Shown here piece after piece: positions 49,052-56,869 of a stretch of DNA of 64,000 nt. The notes under the pieces were generated by a model, which ran no database searches, was not told the origin of the DNA, and worked only from the letters and a program-made list of their open reading frames with translations. A program made the position numbers and the translations under genes. The DNA comes from an uncultured Chloroflexia bacterium. GTDB lineage: Bacteria; Chloroflexota; Limnocylindria; QHBO01. Position 1 is the stretch's first letter, and every line of letters starts with the position of its first letter. The DNA is taken from NCBI GenBank assembly GCA_963782015.1, contig CAWAHY010000004.1:596633-660632 (forward strand), read 5' to 3'.

Positions 49052-49440
49052 GACGCGTCGAGCGGCCCGTTGCCGTTCATGGCGGCGACATCGGCCAGGA
49101 AGTCGAGCCGTCCGTACTTGACCATCAGCGCCTTGAAGTCACGCGCGTAGAAGAGCTTGATGCGCAGCTCGGGATAGAGCTGCCGGAGCCAGCGAAGCTT
49201 GCGGTTCTTCTTGCGCACCAGCGCCTGCTTGAGGGTCGTCAGCTCCAGGTAGAGCTCGATCTCCGGCAGGTAGAAGTCCGGCGCGAACGACTCGACCACC
49301 TCGCCGTCGACGTTCCAGGAGATCGGGAAGAGGTCTGGTTCGTACTGCCATGCGACACCGTAGAAGTCGAGGATTCTCGCCAGCTCCGCCTCGCTCTGGT
49401 GAGCGAAGCGCGGCGAGCCATTCGTCAGCGTCGCCGCCAC
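49048..49440 (-). CDS. hypothetical protein (possible PD-(D/E)XK-like nuclease fold, very tentative); start uncertain
   Basis: This is the C-terminal 130 aa of the 549 aa ORF 49048..50697, starting from GTG 49440. Only this part is protein-like (AELARILDFYGVAWQYEPDLFPI..., APDFYLPEIELYLELTTLKQALVRKKNRKLRW). TATACT on the minus strand lies at 49490-49495. Confidence 0.45.
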   Translation of the reverse strand: MAATLTNGSPRFAHQSEAELARILDFYGVAWQYEPDLFPISWNVDGEVVESFAPDFYLPEIELYLELTTLKQALVRKKNRKLRWLRQLYPELRIKLFYARDFKALMVKYGRLDFLADVAAMNGNGPLDAS

Positions 49441-49505
49441 TGGTCCCCGATCGTACCGGCCCGCCGGGCCCCTGGCGTCATCGGGGCCGAGTATATCCCG
49501 GGGAC

Positions 49506-49546
49506 TTATCCACACATCGCCCGAGATCGGCGCGATTGGTGGATAA
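49506..49546. promoter_or_regulatory. two inverted DnaA-box-like 9-mers
   Basis: TTATCCACA at 49506-49514 on the plus strand is a perfect match to the classical consensus. GGTGGATAA at 49538-49546 equals TTATCCACC on the minus strand. They are 23 bp apart, in the divergent region upstream of rsmG. Confidence 0.5.
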
Positions 49547-49662
49547 CTTGCCTTGCGACCTCTCGCCGCCGGCTGGTAGGGTGGCCGTCCTGCTTCCCCG
49601 GCGGCCGAGTACGGTAACCGGGCACGTGCGGGGCCGATGCGAAAGCCGGCCGTCAGCCGCTC

Positions 49663-50460
49663 GTGACCGGGAAGACCGAAACGCCACCGGAGAGGCATTT
49701 TTCGTTGTCCACCACCGATGCCGACGCCGCCGCGACCGGCGCGGCCCTCGACCGCCTGCTGGCCGATGCGCCCGGTATCGCAACGCGCCTCCCGACCGGA
49801 TTCAGCGCCGCGGCCCAGCGGTACGTGGCGCTCCTGCTCGAGGCCAACCGCCGCACGAACCTGACGCGGGTGACCGAGCCCGAGGCCGTCGCGCGGCTGC
49901 ACCTGCTCGACGCGCTGGCCGCCCTGCCGCTGCTGGACGGGTGGGCGCCGGACACCATCCTCGACCTCGGCTCCGGCGGCGGCATCCCGGCCATCCCGCT
50001 GGCTCTGGCCAGGCCGGAGGTGCGCTGGACGCTGGTCGACTCGGTCGCGAAGAAGGCAGTCTTCCTCCGCGACTTTGCCGCGGCGCTGGGCCTGCACAAC
50101 GTCAGCGTCATCGCCGACCGAGCCGAGACGCTGGGCCAGGACCCACGCCACCGCGAGTCGTATGGGGTCGTCACGGCGCGCGCCTGCGCCGCGCTCCCCG
50201 TCCTGGCCGAGCTGGCCATGCCGCTGCTCGCCGTGCGCGGCTCGCTGCTCGCCTGGAAGGGACCGCTCGACGAGCGGGACGACGAGATGCGGGCCGGCCG
50301 CGCGGCACTCGGACAGCTGGGAGGGGGCCGCCCCGAGATCCTCGAGACCGGGTTGCCGGCGCTGGGCGGACATCGCTTCGTGGTGGTCCGCAAGACGCAC
50401 TCCACCCCGGCGCGCTTCCCCCGCCGTCCGGGAGAGCCCGGGCGCCGGCCGCTCGGCTGA
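49663..50460 (+). CDS. rsmG: 16S rRNA (guanine527-N7)-methyltransferase RsmG (GidB)
   Basis: ORF 49663..50460 (GTG; the exact start is uncertain). Motifs: NRRTNLTRV, SAM motif ILDLGSGGGIPAIPLA, VVTARA. Confidence 0.8.
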   Translation: MTGKTETPPERHFSLSTTDADAAATGAALDRLLADAPGIATRLPTGFSAAAQRYVALLLEANRRTNLTRVTEPEAVARLHLLDALAALPLLDGWAPDTILDLGSGGGIPAIPLALARPEVRWTLVDSVAKKAVFLRDFAAALGLHNVSVIADRAETLGQDPRHRESYGVVTARACAALPVLAELAMPLLAVRGSLLAWKGPLDERDDEMRAGRAALGQLGGGRPEILETGLPALGGHRFVVVRKTHSTPARFPRRPGEPGRRPLG

Positions 50461-50483
50461 CCCTCGGTATACTCCGAGCCCCA

Positions 50484-51206
50484 ATGCGCCTCGCTGTCCT
50501 GTCGGACATTCACGCCAATCTCGCCGCGCTCGAAGCCGTCTGCGACGACCTGCCGCCGGTCGACGAGGTGTGGGCGCTCGGCGACATCGTCGGCTACGGG
50601 CCGCAGCCGAACGAGGTGATCCGCCGCCTCCAGGAGCTCGGCGTGCGGGCGGTGACCGGAAATCACGACGGGGCGGCGATCGGCTCGGTCGACGCATCGT
50701 GGTTCAACCCCGACGCGAACGCCGCGATCCAATGGACCGCCACCGTCCTCGACGAGAACTCGCGCGCCTACCTGGCCGCGCTGCCCGAGGTGCGTCGCGA
50801 CGGCGAGCTGACCGCGGTTCACGGCTCGCCCCGCGAGCCGATCTGGGAGTACATCACCGATGCCGCCATCGCGGCGGCCAACCTGTCGGCGTTCGAGACC
50901 CGGCACTGCCTCTACGGCCACACCCACCTCCCGGTCATCTACCGCGCTGACGGGATTCACATGACGGTCATCCCCGCCACGCCCGCCACGCCGATCGCGC
51001 TCGACGCGCGGCGTGCGCTGATCAACCCGGGCAGCGTCGGCCAGCCGCGCGATGGCAACCCCGACTCTTCGTACCTGGTGCTCGACACGGAGGCGGGCGT
51101 CGCCGAGTTCCGGCGCGTCCCGTACGAGATCGCGCTGACGCAGCGCCTCATGCGCGAGGTGGGCCTGCCGCGCTGGCTCGTCGAGCGGCTCTCGATCGGG
51201 CGCTGA
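50484..51206 (+). CDS. metallophosphoesterase family protein (YfcE/MJ0936-like)
   Basis: ATG 50484 in the frame of ORF 49350..51206, with TATACT at 50468-50473. Motifs: LSDIHAN, LGDIVGYG, GNHD, GHTH. Confidence 0.8.
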   Translation: MRLAVLSDIHANLAALEAVCDDLPPVDEVWALGDIVGYGPQPNEVIRRLQELGVRAVTGNHDGAAIGSVDASWFNPDANAAIQWTATVLDENSRAYLAALPEVRRDGELTAVHGSPREPIWEYITDAAIAAANLSAFETRHCLYGHTHLPVIYRADGIHMTVIPATPATPIALDARRALINPGSVGQPRDGNPDSSYLVLDTEAGVAEFRRVPYEIALTQRLMREVGLPRWLVERLSIGR

Positions 51207-51238
51207 GCGGTGACGCGGGGCCGTAGGATATCGGTCGC

Positions 51239-51721
51239 ATGATCTTCGGCCGCCGAGAGAAGCGCCCACCCCTCCTCAGCTACGACCGCATCCTGGTGCC
51301 GCTCGCCGGCACCGAGGCCGATGACGCCGCGCTGCGGTTGACCGCGATCCTCCTCGCGGGGACCGCCGGCCAGGCCTTCCTCCTGCACGTCATCGAGATT
51401 CCATTCGAGCGGCAGCTCGACGCGCAGGACCCCGCCGCCGTCGCGTTCGCCGACGAGGCGCTGAGCCACGGCGAGGCGTTCCTCGCCCAGCACGAGGTGC
51501 AGGTCGAGACCGGGATCGCCCAGGCCCGCGCTGCCGGCGCCGCGATCGTGGATGACGCCGTGGAGCGGCGTGCCGACCTGATCGTGATGGGTCTACGCTA
51601 TAAGAAGCGCTTCGGGGGCGGCTGGGACGCGGGGCGCACGGTCCCGTACGTCATGCGCAACTCGACGGCACCGGTCTGGTGCCTGCGGGCCGAGACAGAG
51701 GAGCTGGCACACACGCCATGA
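51239..51721 (+). CDS. universal stress protein family
   Basis: ORF 51239..51721, with TAGGAT 9 nt upstream. Motifs: ILVPLAG, ADLIVMG, and a C-terminal VMRNSTAPVW. Confidence 0.7.
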   Translation: MIFGRREKRPPLLSYDRILVPLAGTEADDAALRLTAILLAGTAGQAFLLHVIEIPFERQLDAQDPAAVAFADEALSHGEAFLAQHEVQVETGIAQARAAGAAIVDDAVERRADLIVMGLRYKKRFGGGWDAGRTVPYVMRNSTAPVWCLRAETEELAHTP

Positions 51722-52252
51722 GGGTGATCATCATCGGCTGCGGCCGAGTCGGCGCGCGCACGGCGGCCGAGCTTGACCAGCGCGGCGAGCACGTCACCGT
51801 GATCGACGTCGACCAGCGTGCCTTCAACCGCCTGCCGAGCACCTTCGCCGGGGTCACCGTGCGCGGCAGCGGCAGCGATGAGGACATCCTGCGGGGAGCG
51901 GGCGCGGACCTCGCCGACGTGCTGATGGCGCTCACCGAGGGCGACAACCGCAACGCGCTGGCCGCCCAGCTGGGCAAGCACATCTTCGGCGTCCCGCGCG
52001 TGATCGCCAAGATCAACGACCCGCTGCGGGCGGAGGCCTACCGGACCCTCGGACTCGAGACGATCTGCCGCACCGTCCTGCTGGCCGACGCCCTCGTGCT
52101 GGCGGCCGTCGAAGGCGCCGAGGCGACCGGCGGTGCCGTCGAGCCTCCCACCGCCGAGCCGCGCCAGGGGGTTCCACCGGCCGGATCGCGCGCGGCCGCC
52201 GCGGCGGCTGCCGGCGCTCGAGGCTTCCGGTCCGACCGGCGAGGCCGGCTGA
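51718..52252 (+). pseudogene. TrkA-N (RCK N-terminal, NAD-binding) domain protein; frame disruption near the C-terminus as sequenced
   Basis: ATG 51718 (ATGA overlap with the usp stop). The sequence begins MRVIIIGCGRVGARTAAEL. As sequenced the frame runs without a stop into the next trkA-like gene. A +1 shift at the G5 run 52167-52171 gives a stop at TGA 52250-52252, overlapping the next ATG. Confidence 0.7.
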
Positions 52253-52912
52253 TGTACGTGGTCGTCATCGGCGGCGGGAACGTCGGCTACTACCTGACCA
52301 AGGAGCTGCTCGCCGCCGGCCACGAGGTCGTCATGATCGAGAAGGATCCCGGGCCGGGCCCGAACGATCGCCGACGAGCTGGGCAGCATCGTGATCCCCA
52401 ACGACGGCTGTGAGGGGCGTTACCAGGCGGAGGCCGGGATGGCCCGCGCCGACGTGGTGGCGGCGGTGACCGGCGACGACGAGGACAACCTGGTCGCGTG
52501 CCAGGTCGCCAAGATGCGCTTCAACGTGCCGCGAGCGATCGCCCGCGTCAACAACCCCAAGAACGAGGCCCTCTTCCGGCGCCTCGCGATCGACGAGACG
52601 GTCAGCCCCACGCGGAGCATCCTGGGCGTCATCGAGCACGAGATCCCGATCCACGACCTCCTCCACCTGGCGGATCTCGAGGGTGGCGAGGTACAGATCG
52701 TGGAGGCGCAGCTGGATGCCAGCTCCCCGGTGCTGGGCAAGGTGCTGCGCGACCTGGAGCTGCCGGAGGGGAGCACCGTGGCAGTCATCATCCGGGACCA
52801 GCGGGCGATCGCGGTCCGCCCCGACACGACCCTGCGCGCCGGCGACAAGCTGCTGGCGATCACCTCGGCCGAGCAAGAGGCGGAGCTGCGCAGCCTGCTG
52901 ATCGGGGAATGA
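52252..52912 (+). pseudogene. TrkA-type potassium-uptake regulatory protein (TrkA-N + TrkA-C); one frame disruption as sequenced
   Basis: MYVVVIGGGNVGYYLTKELLAAGHEVVMIEKDP is in the frame of ORF 51679..52413. The gene continues as RARTIADELGSIVIPNDGCE... in ORF 52391..52912, with an RCK_C-like end. The junction is near 52350-52353. Confidence 0.75.
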
Positions 52913-53883
52913 CCGGCGCGGCTCCCAATCTCGGCGGAGCGCGCTTCCTGGCGGACCTGGAGACGAGCGTCGGCAGCGCCGTGGTGGGAGCCGGGCTCCC
53001 GCTGCGGCAGATGGCGGCAGCCCTGCTGGCCGAGGGGCATGCGCTGGTCGAGGACGTTCCCGGCGTCGGGAAGACGCTCCTGGCGCGAGCGTTCAGCAAG
53101 GCCCTGGGTCTGACCTTCGCCCGGGTGCAGGGAACGCCCGACCTGCTGCCCACCGACGTCACCGGCAGCAGCATCCTGGACCACGGCGAGTTCCGCTTCG
53201 TGCCGGGGCCGGTCTTCGCCAACGTGCTGCTGGTCGACGAGATCAACCGCGCCACACCGCGCACCCAGTCGGCCCTGCTCGAGGCGATGCAGGAACGTCA
53301 GGTCTCGGCCGAGGGCCAGACGCGGCCGCTGCCGGATCCATTCCTGGTGCTCGCGACCCAGAACCCGATCGAGCTGGAGGGCACCTTTGCCCTGCCGGAG
53401 GCGCAGCTCGACCGCTTCCTGCTCCGCATCGCGATGGGCTATCCCGATACGGACGGCGAGCGCCGCATCGCGCGGCGCTACCAGGCCTCGGCGGAGCCGC
53501 TCGACGGCGTGCAGGTGGTGGCCGATGCCGCCGCCCTGCTCGCCATGCGCGAGGCGACCCGCGGCATCCTGGTCAGCCCGGACGTGGAGGCGTACCTCGT
53601 GGCGCTCGTGCGCGGCACCCGGGGGCACGCCGACCTGCGCCTCGGCGCTTCGCCGCGCAGCAGCGTTGCGCTCTACCGCGCCGCGCAGGCATGGGCCCTG
53701 CTCGACGGCCGGGGCTTCGTCCTCCCCGACGACGTGCGGGCGATGGCGCACGCCGTGCTCGACCATCGGCTCCTGCTGGATATCGACCGCGAGCTGCGCG
53801 GCGCAACCGTGGAGGGCGTCATCGACGCCGTGCTCGAGGCCGTCCCCGTCCCGCTCGCCGGCGACGCCGACCAGGCCAGCTGA
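52909..53883 (+). CDS. MoxR-family AAA+ ATPase
   Basis: ATG 52909 (ATGA overlap) in the frame of ORF 52498..53883. Motifs: Walker A EDVPGVGKT, Walker B LLVDEINRA, LATQNPIELEGTFALPEAQLDRF. Confidence 0.85.
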   Translation: MTGAAPNLGGARFLADLETSVGSAVVGAGLPLRQMAAALLAEGHALVEDVPGVGKTLLARAFSKALGLTFARVQGTPDLLPTDVTGSSILDHGEFRFVPGPVFANVLLVDEINRATPRTQSALLEAMQERQVSAEGQTRPLPDPFLVLATQNPIELEGTFALPEAQLDRFLLRIAMGYPDTDGERRIARRYQASAEPLDGVQVVADAAALLAMREATRGILVSPDVEAYLVALVRGTRGHADLRLGASPRSSVALYRAAQAWALLDGRGFVLPDDVRAMAHAVLDHRLLLDIDRELRGATVEGVIDAVLEAVPVPLAGDADQAS

Positions 53884-53887
53884 ACCG

Positions 53888-55126
53888 GTGAGCGGCTGGC
53901 TCGCCCTGGCGGCGGTGATGGTCGCGGTTGGGGCCGCCGCGCAGGCACCGGGACTCTTCATCGTCGCGGTGGCCACCCTCGGCTACGGCTCGCTGACGCG
54001 CGTGTGGACCCGGTACGGGATGGGCCGGGTCGAGTACGAGCGGCACCTTGGCACGAGTCGTGCCGTCGCCGGGGACATCGTGCCGCTCGACGTCACGATC
54101 TGGAACCGCAAGCCGCTGCCGCTCCCCTGGATCGCGGCCGCCGACCTGATGACCGACGGGATCGAGGTGCGAGAGCAGCCGATGATGGACCACGACGACG
54201 AGCGCCTCGGTCGGCGCGTCCTGGCCAACGCCTGGGCGCTGGCGTGGTACGAGCGCGTGGTTCGGCACTTTCACCTCGAGGCGAATCGGCGCGGCCTGTA
54301 TGAATTCGGACCGGTGCGGCTGCGCGTCCGCGACATCCTTGGCCGCGATGCCGCGAGCAGCCTCATCGCCGCCGATGAGATGCTGCTGGTCGGGCCGCGC
54401 AACGTCCCGGTCCGGCTCCGTGGGCGCGACGCCGCGCCGATCGGGGAGCGCCGCGCACGACGATCGCTGCATGCGGACCCCGCGCTCTACGGCGGGGTGC
54501 GGCCGTTCCAGCCCGGCGATCCGCTGCGCCGCATCCACTGGCGCGCCACGGCCCGCCTGGGTACCACCGTCAGCCGCCGCTACGAGCCGGCGCGCGGGCG
54601 GCAGGTGGTGATCGCGATCGACGTGCAGACGATCCCCGGGCCGCACTGGGAGATGACCTACCACGATGCCGCCTTCGAGGGGCTCTGCGTCGCGGCCGCC
54701 TCGCTGGCCCGCCAGCTGCTGGCCGAGGGGGCGTCCTGCGGGCTCGCGGCCGCCAGCTTCACCGGGACGATCCAGCGCATCGCCTACCTCCCGCCGCAGG
54801 CGTCCTACGGGCAGCTGGCTCGGGTCTCCGAGCTGCTGGCACGGATCGGGCCGATCAGCTCCGGGCCATATCCCGGACTCCTCACCTGGCTGACCCGCCG
54901 GGTGCCTCCGGGGAGCGTCATCCTCACCCTCTCGGCGCGTGATCCGCGCAGCTACCTGCCCGCCGTCCAGCGCCTCGCCCGAAGCGGCTACCGCGTCGAG
55001 CACGTGGCCTTTGGCGACGACGCGGAGCAGCATGCGGGGAGCGTGCGCCGCGCCGGGCTGCCGGTCAGCACCGCGACCCTCGACCCCGACTGGGAGCACG
55101 CCGATGCGCTCGTCCTGGCCAGTTAG
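53888..55126 (+). CDS. DUF58 domain-containing protein (MoxR partner, vWA-like)
   Basis: GTG 53888 in the frame of ORF 53387..55126. It has an N-terminal TM pair and the DUF58 signature GGVRPFQPGDPLRRIHWRATAR. Confidence 0.75.
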   Translation: MSGWLALAAVMVAVGAAAQAPGLFIVAVATLGYGSLTRVWTRYGMGRVEYERHLGTSRAVAGDIVPLDVTIWNRKPLPLPWIAAADLMTDGIEVREQPMMDHDDERLGRRVLANAWALAWYERVVRHFHLEANRRGLYEFGPVRLRVRDILGRDAASSLIAADEMLLVGPRNVPVRLRGRDAAPIGERRARRSLHADPALYGGVRPFQPGDPLRRIHWRATARLGTTVSRRYEPARGRQVVIAIDVQTIPGPHWEMTYHDAAFEGLCVAAASLARQLLAEGASCGLAAASFTGTIQRIAYLPPQASYGQLARVSELLARIGPISSGPYPGLLTWLTRRVPPGSVILTLSARDPRSYLPAVQRLARSGYRVEHVAFGDDAEQHAGSVRRAGLPVSTATLDPDWEHADALVLAS

Positions 55127-56450
55127 GGTCCTCCTCCCGACCGTCCAGGTGCTTGCCGAGGCGGGCTGGCTGGCGGTCGTCTACGCCGCCCTGCAGGCAT
55201 TCTCGGGCGGCATCCCGCGCATCGGGCCGCTCGAGCTGGGCCTGCTCGCCTGGATCGGACTGGCCTGGGGCCGTCGGTCACGCTGGACCAGCGCCGCCGC
55301 GGAGGCGGTCGGGCTGCCCGCCCTGATGCTGCTCGGCGGACTGGTCGGGTGGCTCCTCTCCCCCGAGGTGCGCGCCCTGCTGATCAACGGCGACCCGGTC
55401 GGCGCGCTGGGAACGCACGTGGCGGGCTGGATCGGCGCCGTGGCGGTCTGGCGCGGCGAGGCGCATCGGGCCAGCGAGGACGACGACCTGCTGGCGGGCC
55501 AGCTGCTGCGCTGGGTCGTCCCCGGCCTGGCGGTGCCGTGGCTGATCGGGCACCAGCTGACGAGCGGGGCGACCGAGGTCGCATTCACCTCGGCCGCCTT
55601 CATGGGGACCGTCGTCTTCGTGGGCTCGGCATTCACCGCCATGGGGCTTGCCCGGCTCGAGGCGGTCCGGGCCGCGACCGGCAGCGATTGGCGCACGAAT
55701 CGGTCGTGGCTCCTGCTGGTGGTGGGCGTCGCCCTTGCCATCACCGCCATCGGCATCCCGGCGGGGGCGCTGCTCGGCGTCCCGGCGAGCGCCCTGTTGA
55801 CGGTCCTGATCGGGCCGCTCCGCGTGATCCTGCTCACCCTGCTGCTGGTCTCGACCCCGCTCATCGTGGTCATCGCCGCGCTGACCGAGCTGATCGGCCC
55901 GCTCCTGCCCGGTCAGTTCTCGCTGCCGCAGCTCAATCTGCCGAACCTGGCGGTGGATCCCGCCGACGTCCTGAGCGACACACCGACGGTCGTCTTCTTC
56001 GCCGTCGTGATCCTGCTGGCGATCGTCGAGCTCGCATTCCTGGCCCTGATCCTCTACCTGCGCTGGCAGGAGCGGCGCCGATACCGCTTCACCGCGACCG
56101 ACCCGTTCGAGGAGCGGGAGATCGTCGTGCCTCCTCCCGAGCCGGCACCGGTGCTGGCACCCATCCGACGCGAGCGGGCGCGCCCCGACCCCGGCGATCC
56201 GACCGGCGCGTACCTGACCGCGCTGGAGCTCCTGGAGCGCGATGGGCGCTGGGCGCGCCGCCCCACGGAGTCGCCCGCCGCGCACGCCGAGCGGGTGGCG
56301 CGCGAAGGGCTGGCGGCACCGTCCCTCGCCCGCCTCGCGGTCGCGTACCAGCTCGTCCGGTACGGCGAGCGGCGCCTCAGCGCGACGGAGGCCCAACGCG
56401 GTCGTGGGCGACTCGGCCGTCTGAGGGATGCACTCCGGGGATCGCCGTAA
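55104..56450 (+). CDS. polytopic membrane protein with a C-terminal DUF4129-like domain (third gene of the MoxR operon)
   Basis: ATG 55104 in the frame of ORF 54939..56450. It has many TM helices. The C-terminus reads DPTGAYLTALELLERDGRWARRPTESPAEH...YQLVRYGERRLS. Confidence 0.65.
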   Translation: MRSSWPVRVLLPTVQVLAEAGWLAVVYAALQAFSGGIPRIGPLELGLLAWIGLAWGRRSRWTSAAAEAVGLPALMLLGGLVGWLLSPEVRALLINGDPVGALGTHVAGWIGAVAVWRGEAHRASEDDDLLAGQLLRWVVPGLAVPWLIGHQLTSGATEVAFTSAAFMGTVVFVGSAFTAMGLARLEAVRAATGSDWRTNRSWLLLVVGVALAITAIGIPAGALLGVPASALLTVLIGPLRVILLTLLLVSTPLIVVIAALTELIGPLLPGQFSLPQLNLPNLAVDPADVLSDTPTVVFFAVVILLAIVELAFLALILYLRWQERRRYRFTATDPFEEREIVVPPPEPAPVLAPIRRERARPDPGDPTGAYLTALELLERDGRWARRPTESPAAHAERVAREGLAAPSLARLAVAYQLVRYGERRLSATEAQRGRGRLGRLRDALRGSP

Positions 56451-56461
56451 TCGCGGACGAG

Positions 56462-56504
56462 CCCTGTCAGCATCATTGACAACGGCATTGACAGGGTTTA
56501 TGGT
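56462..56504 (+). promoter_or_regulatory. hspR promoter (TTGACA-17 nt-TATGGT) overlapped by an 8 bp inverted repeat (candidate operator)
   Basis: TTGACA at 56476-56481 and TATGGT at 56499-56504, with GTG 56513 8 nt downstream (leaderless-type). Inverted repeat: CCCTGTCA (56462-56469) and TGACAGGG (56489-56496). CATTGACA is directly repeated. Confidence 0.5.
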
Positions 56505-56512
56505 TCCGGCCC

Positions 56513-56866
56513 GTGAGCTCAGTCCGCGACCCACAGCGCCCGCGCTACTTCATCAGCATCGCCGCTGAGCTCGCCCAGGTCCACCCGCGCACGCTGCGGA
56601 TCTACGAGGAGGAGGGGCTCCTCTGCCCGCATCGGCGCAACAACCTCCGGCTCTATTCGGAGGCCGATCTCACGCGGGTGCGTATCATCCGCTTTCTCAC
56701 CCGACGCCAGGGGGTCAACCTGGCGGGCGTCAAGGTCATCCTGCAGCTCGAGGCGCTCGGCAAGATCCGCGTCTACGACCTGTTCGATGCCGATGATGTC
56801 GAGCGTTACGTCGAGGAGGACGAACCGATGCCGGTGAGCGCCTCGACTGAAGGGACACGAAGCTAA
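56513..56866 (+). CDS. hspR: MerR-family heat-shock repressor HspR-like
   Basis: ORF 56513..56866: YFISIAAELAQVHPRTLRIYEEEGLL.P.R...LRLYSEADL, then GVNLAGVKVILQLE. It sits directly upstream of lon and a J-protein gene. Confidence 0.75.
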   Translation: MSSVRDPQRPRYFISIAAELAQVHPRTLRIYEEEGLLCPHRRNNLRLYSEADLTRVRIIRFLTRRQGVNLAGVKVILQLEALGKIRVYDLFDADDVERYVEEDEPMPVSASTEGTRS

Positions 56867-56869
56867 ACC

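Noticed and set aside
49441-49662. Calling this region the chromosomal origin (oriC).
   Set aside because: There are only two DnaA-box-like 9-mers, no A/T-rich unwinding element, and no dnaA, dnaN or parAB in the window.
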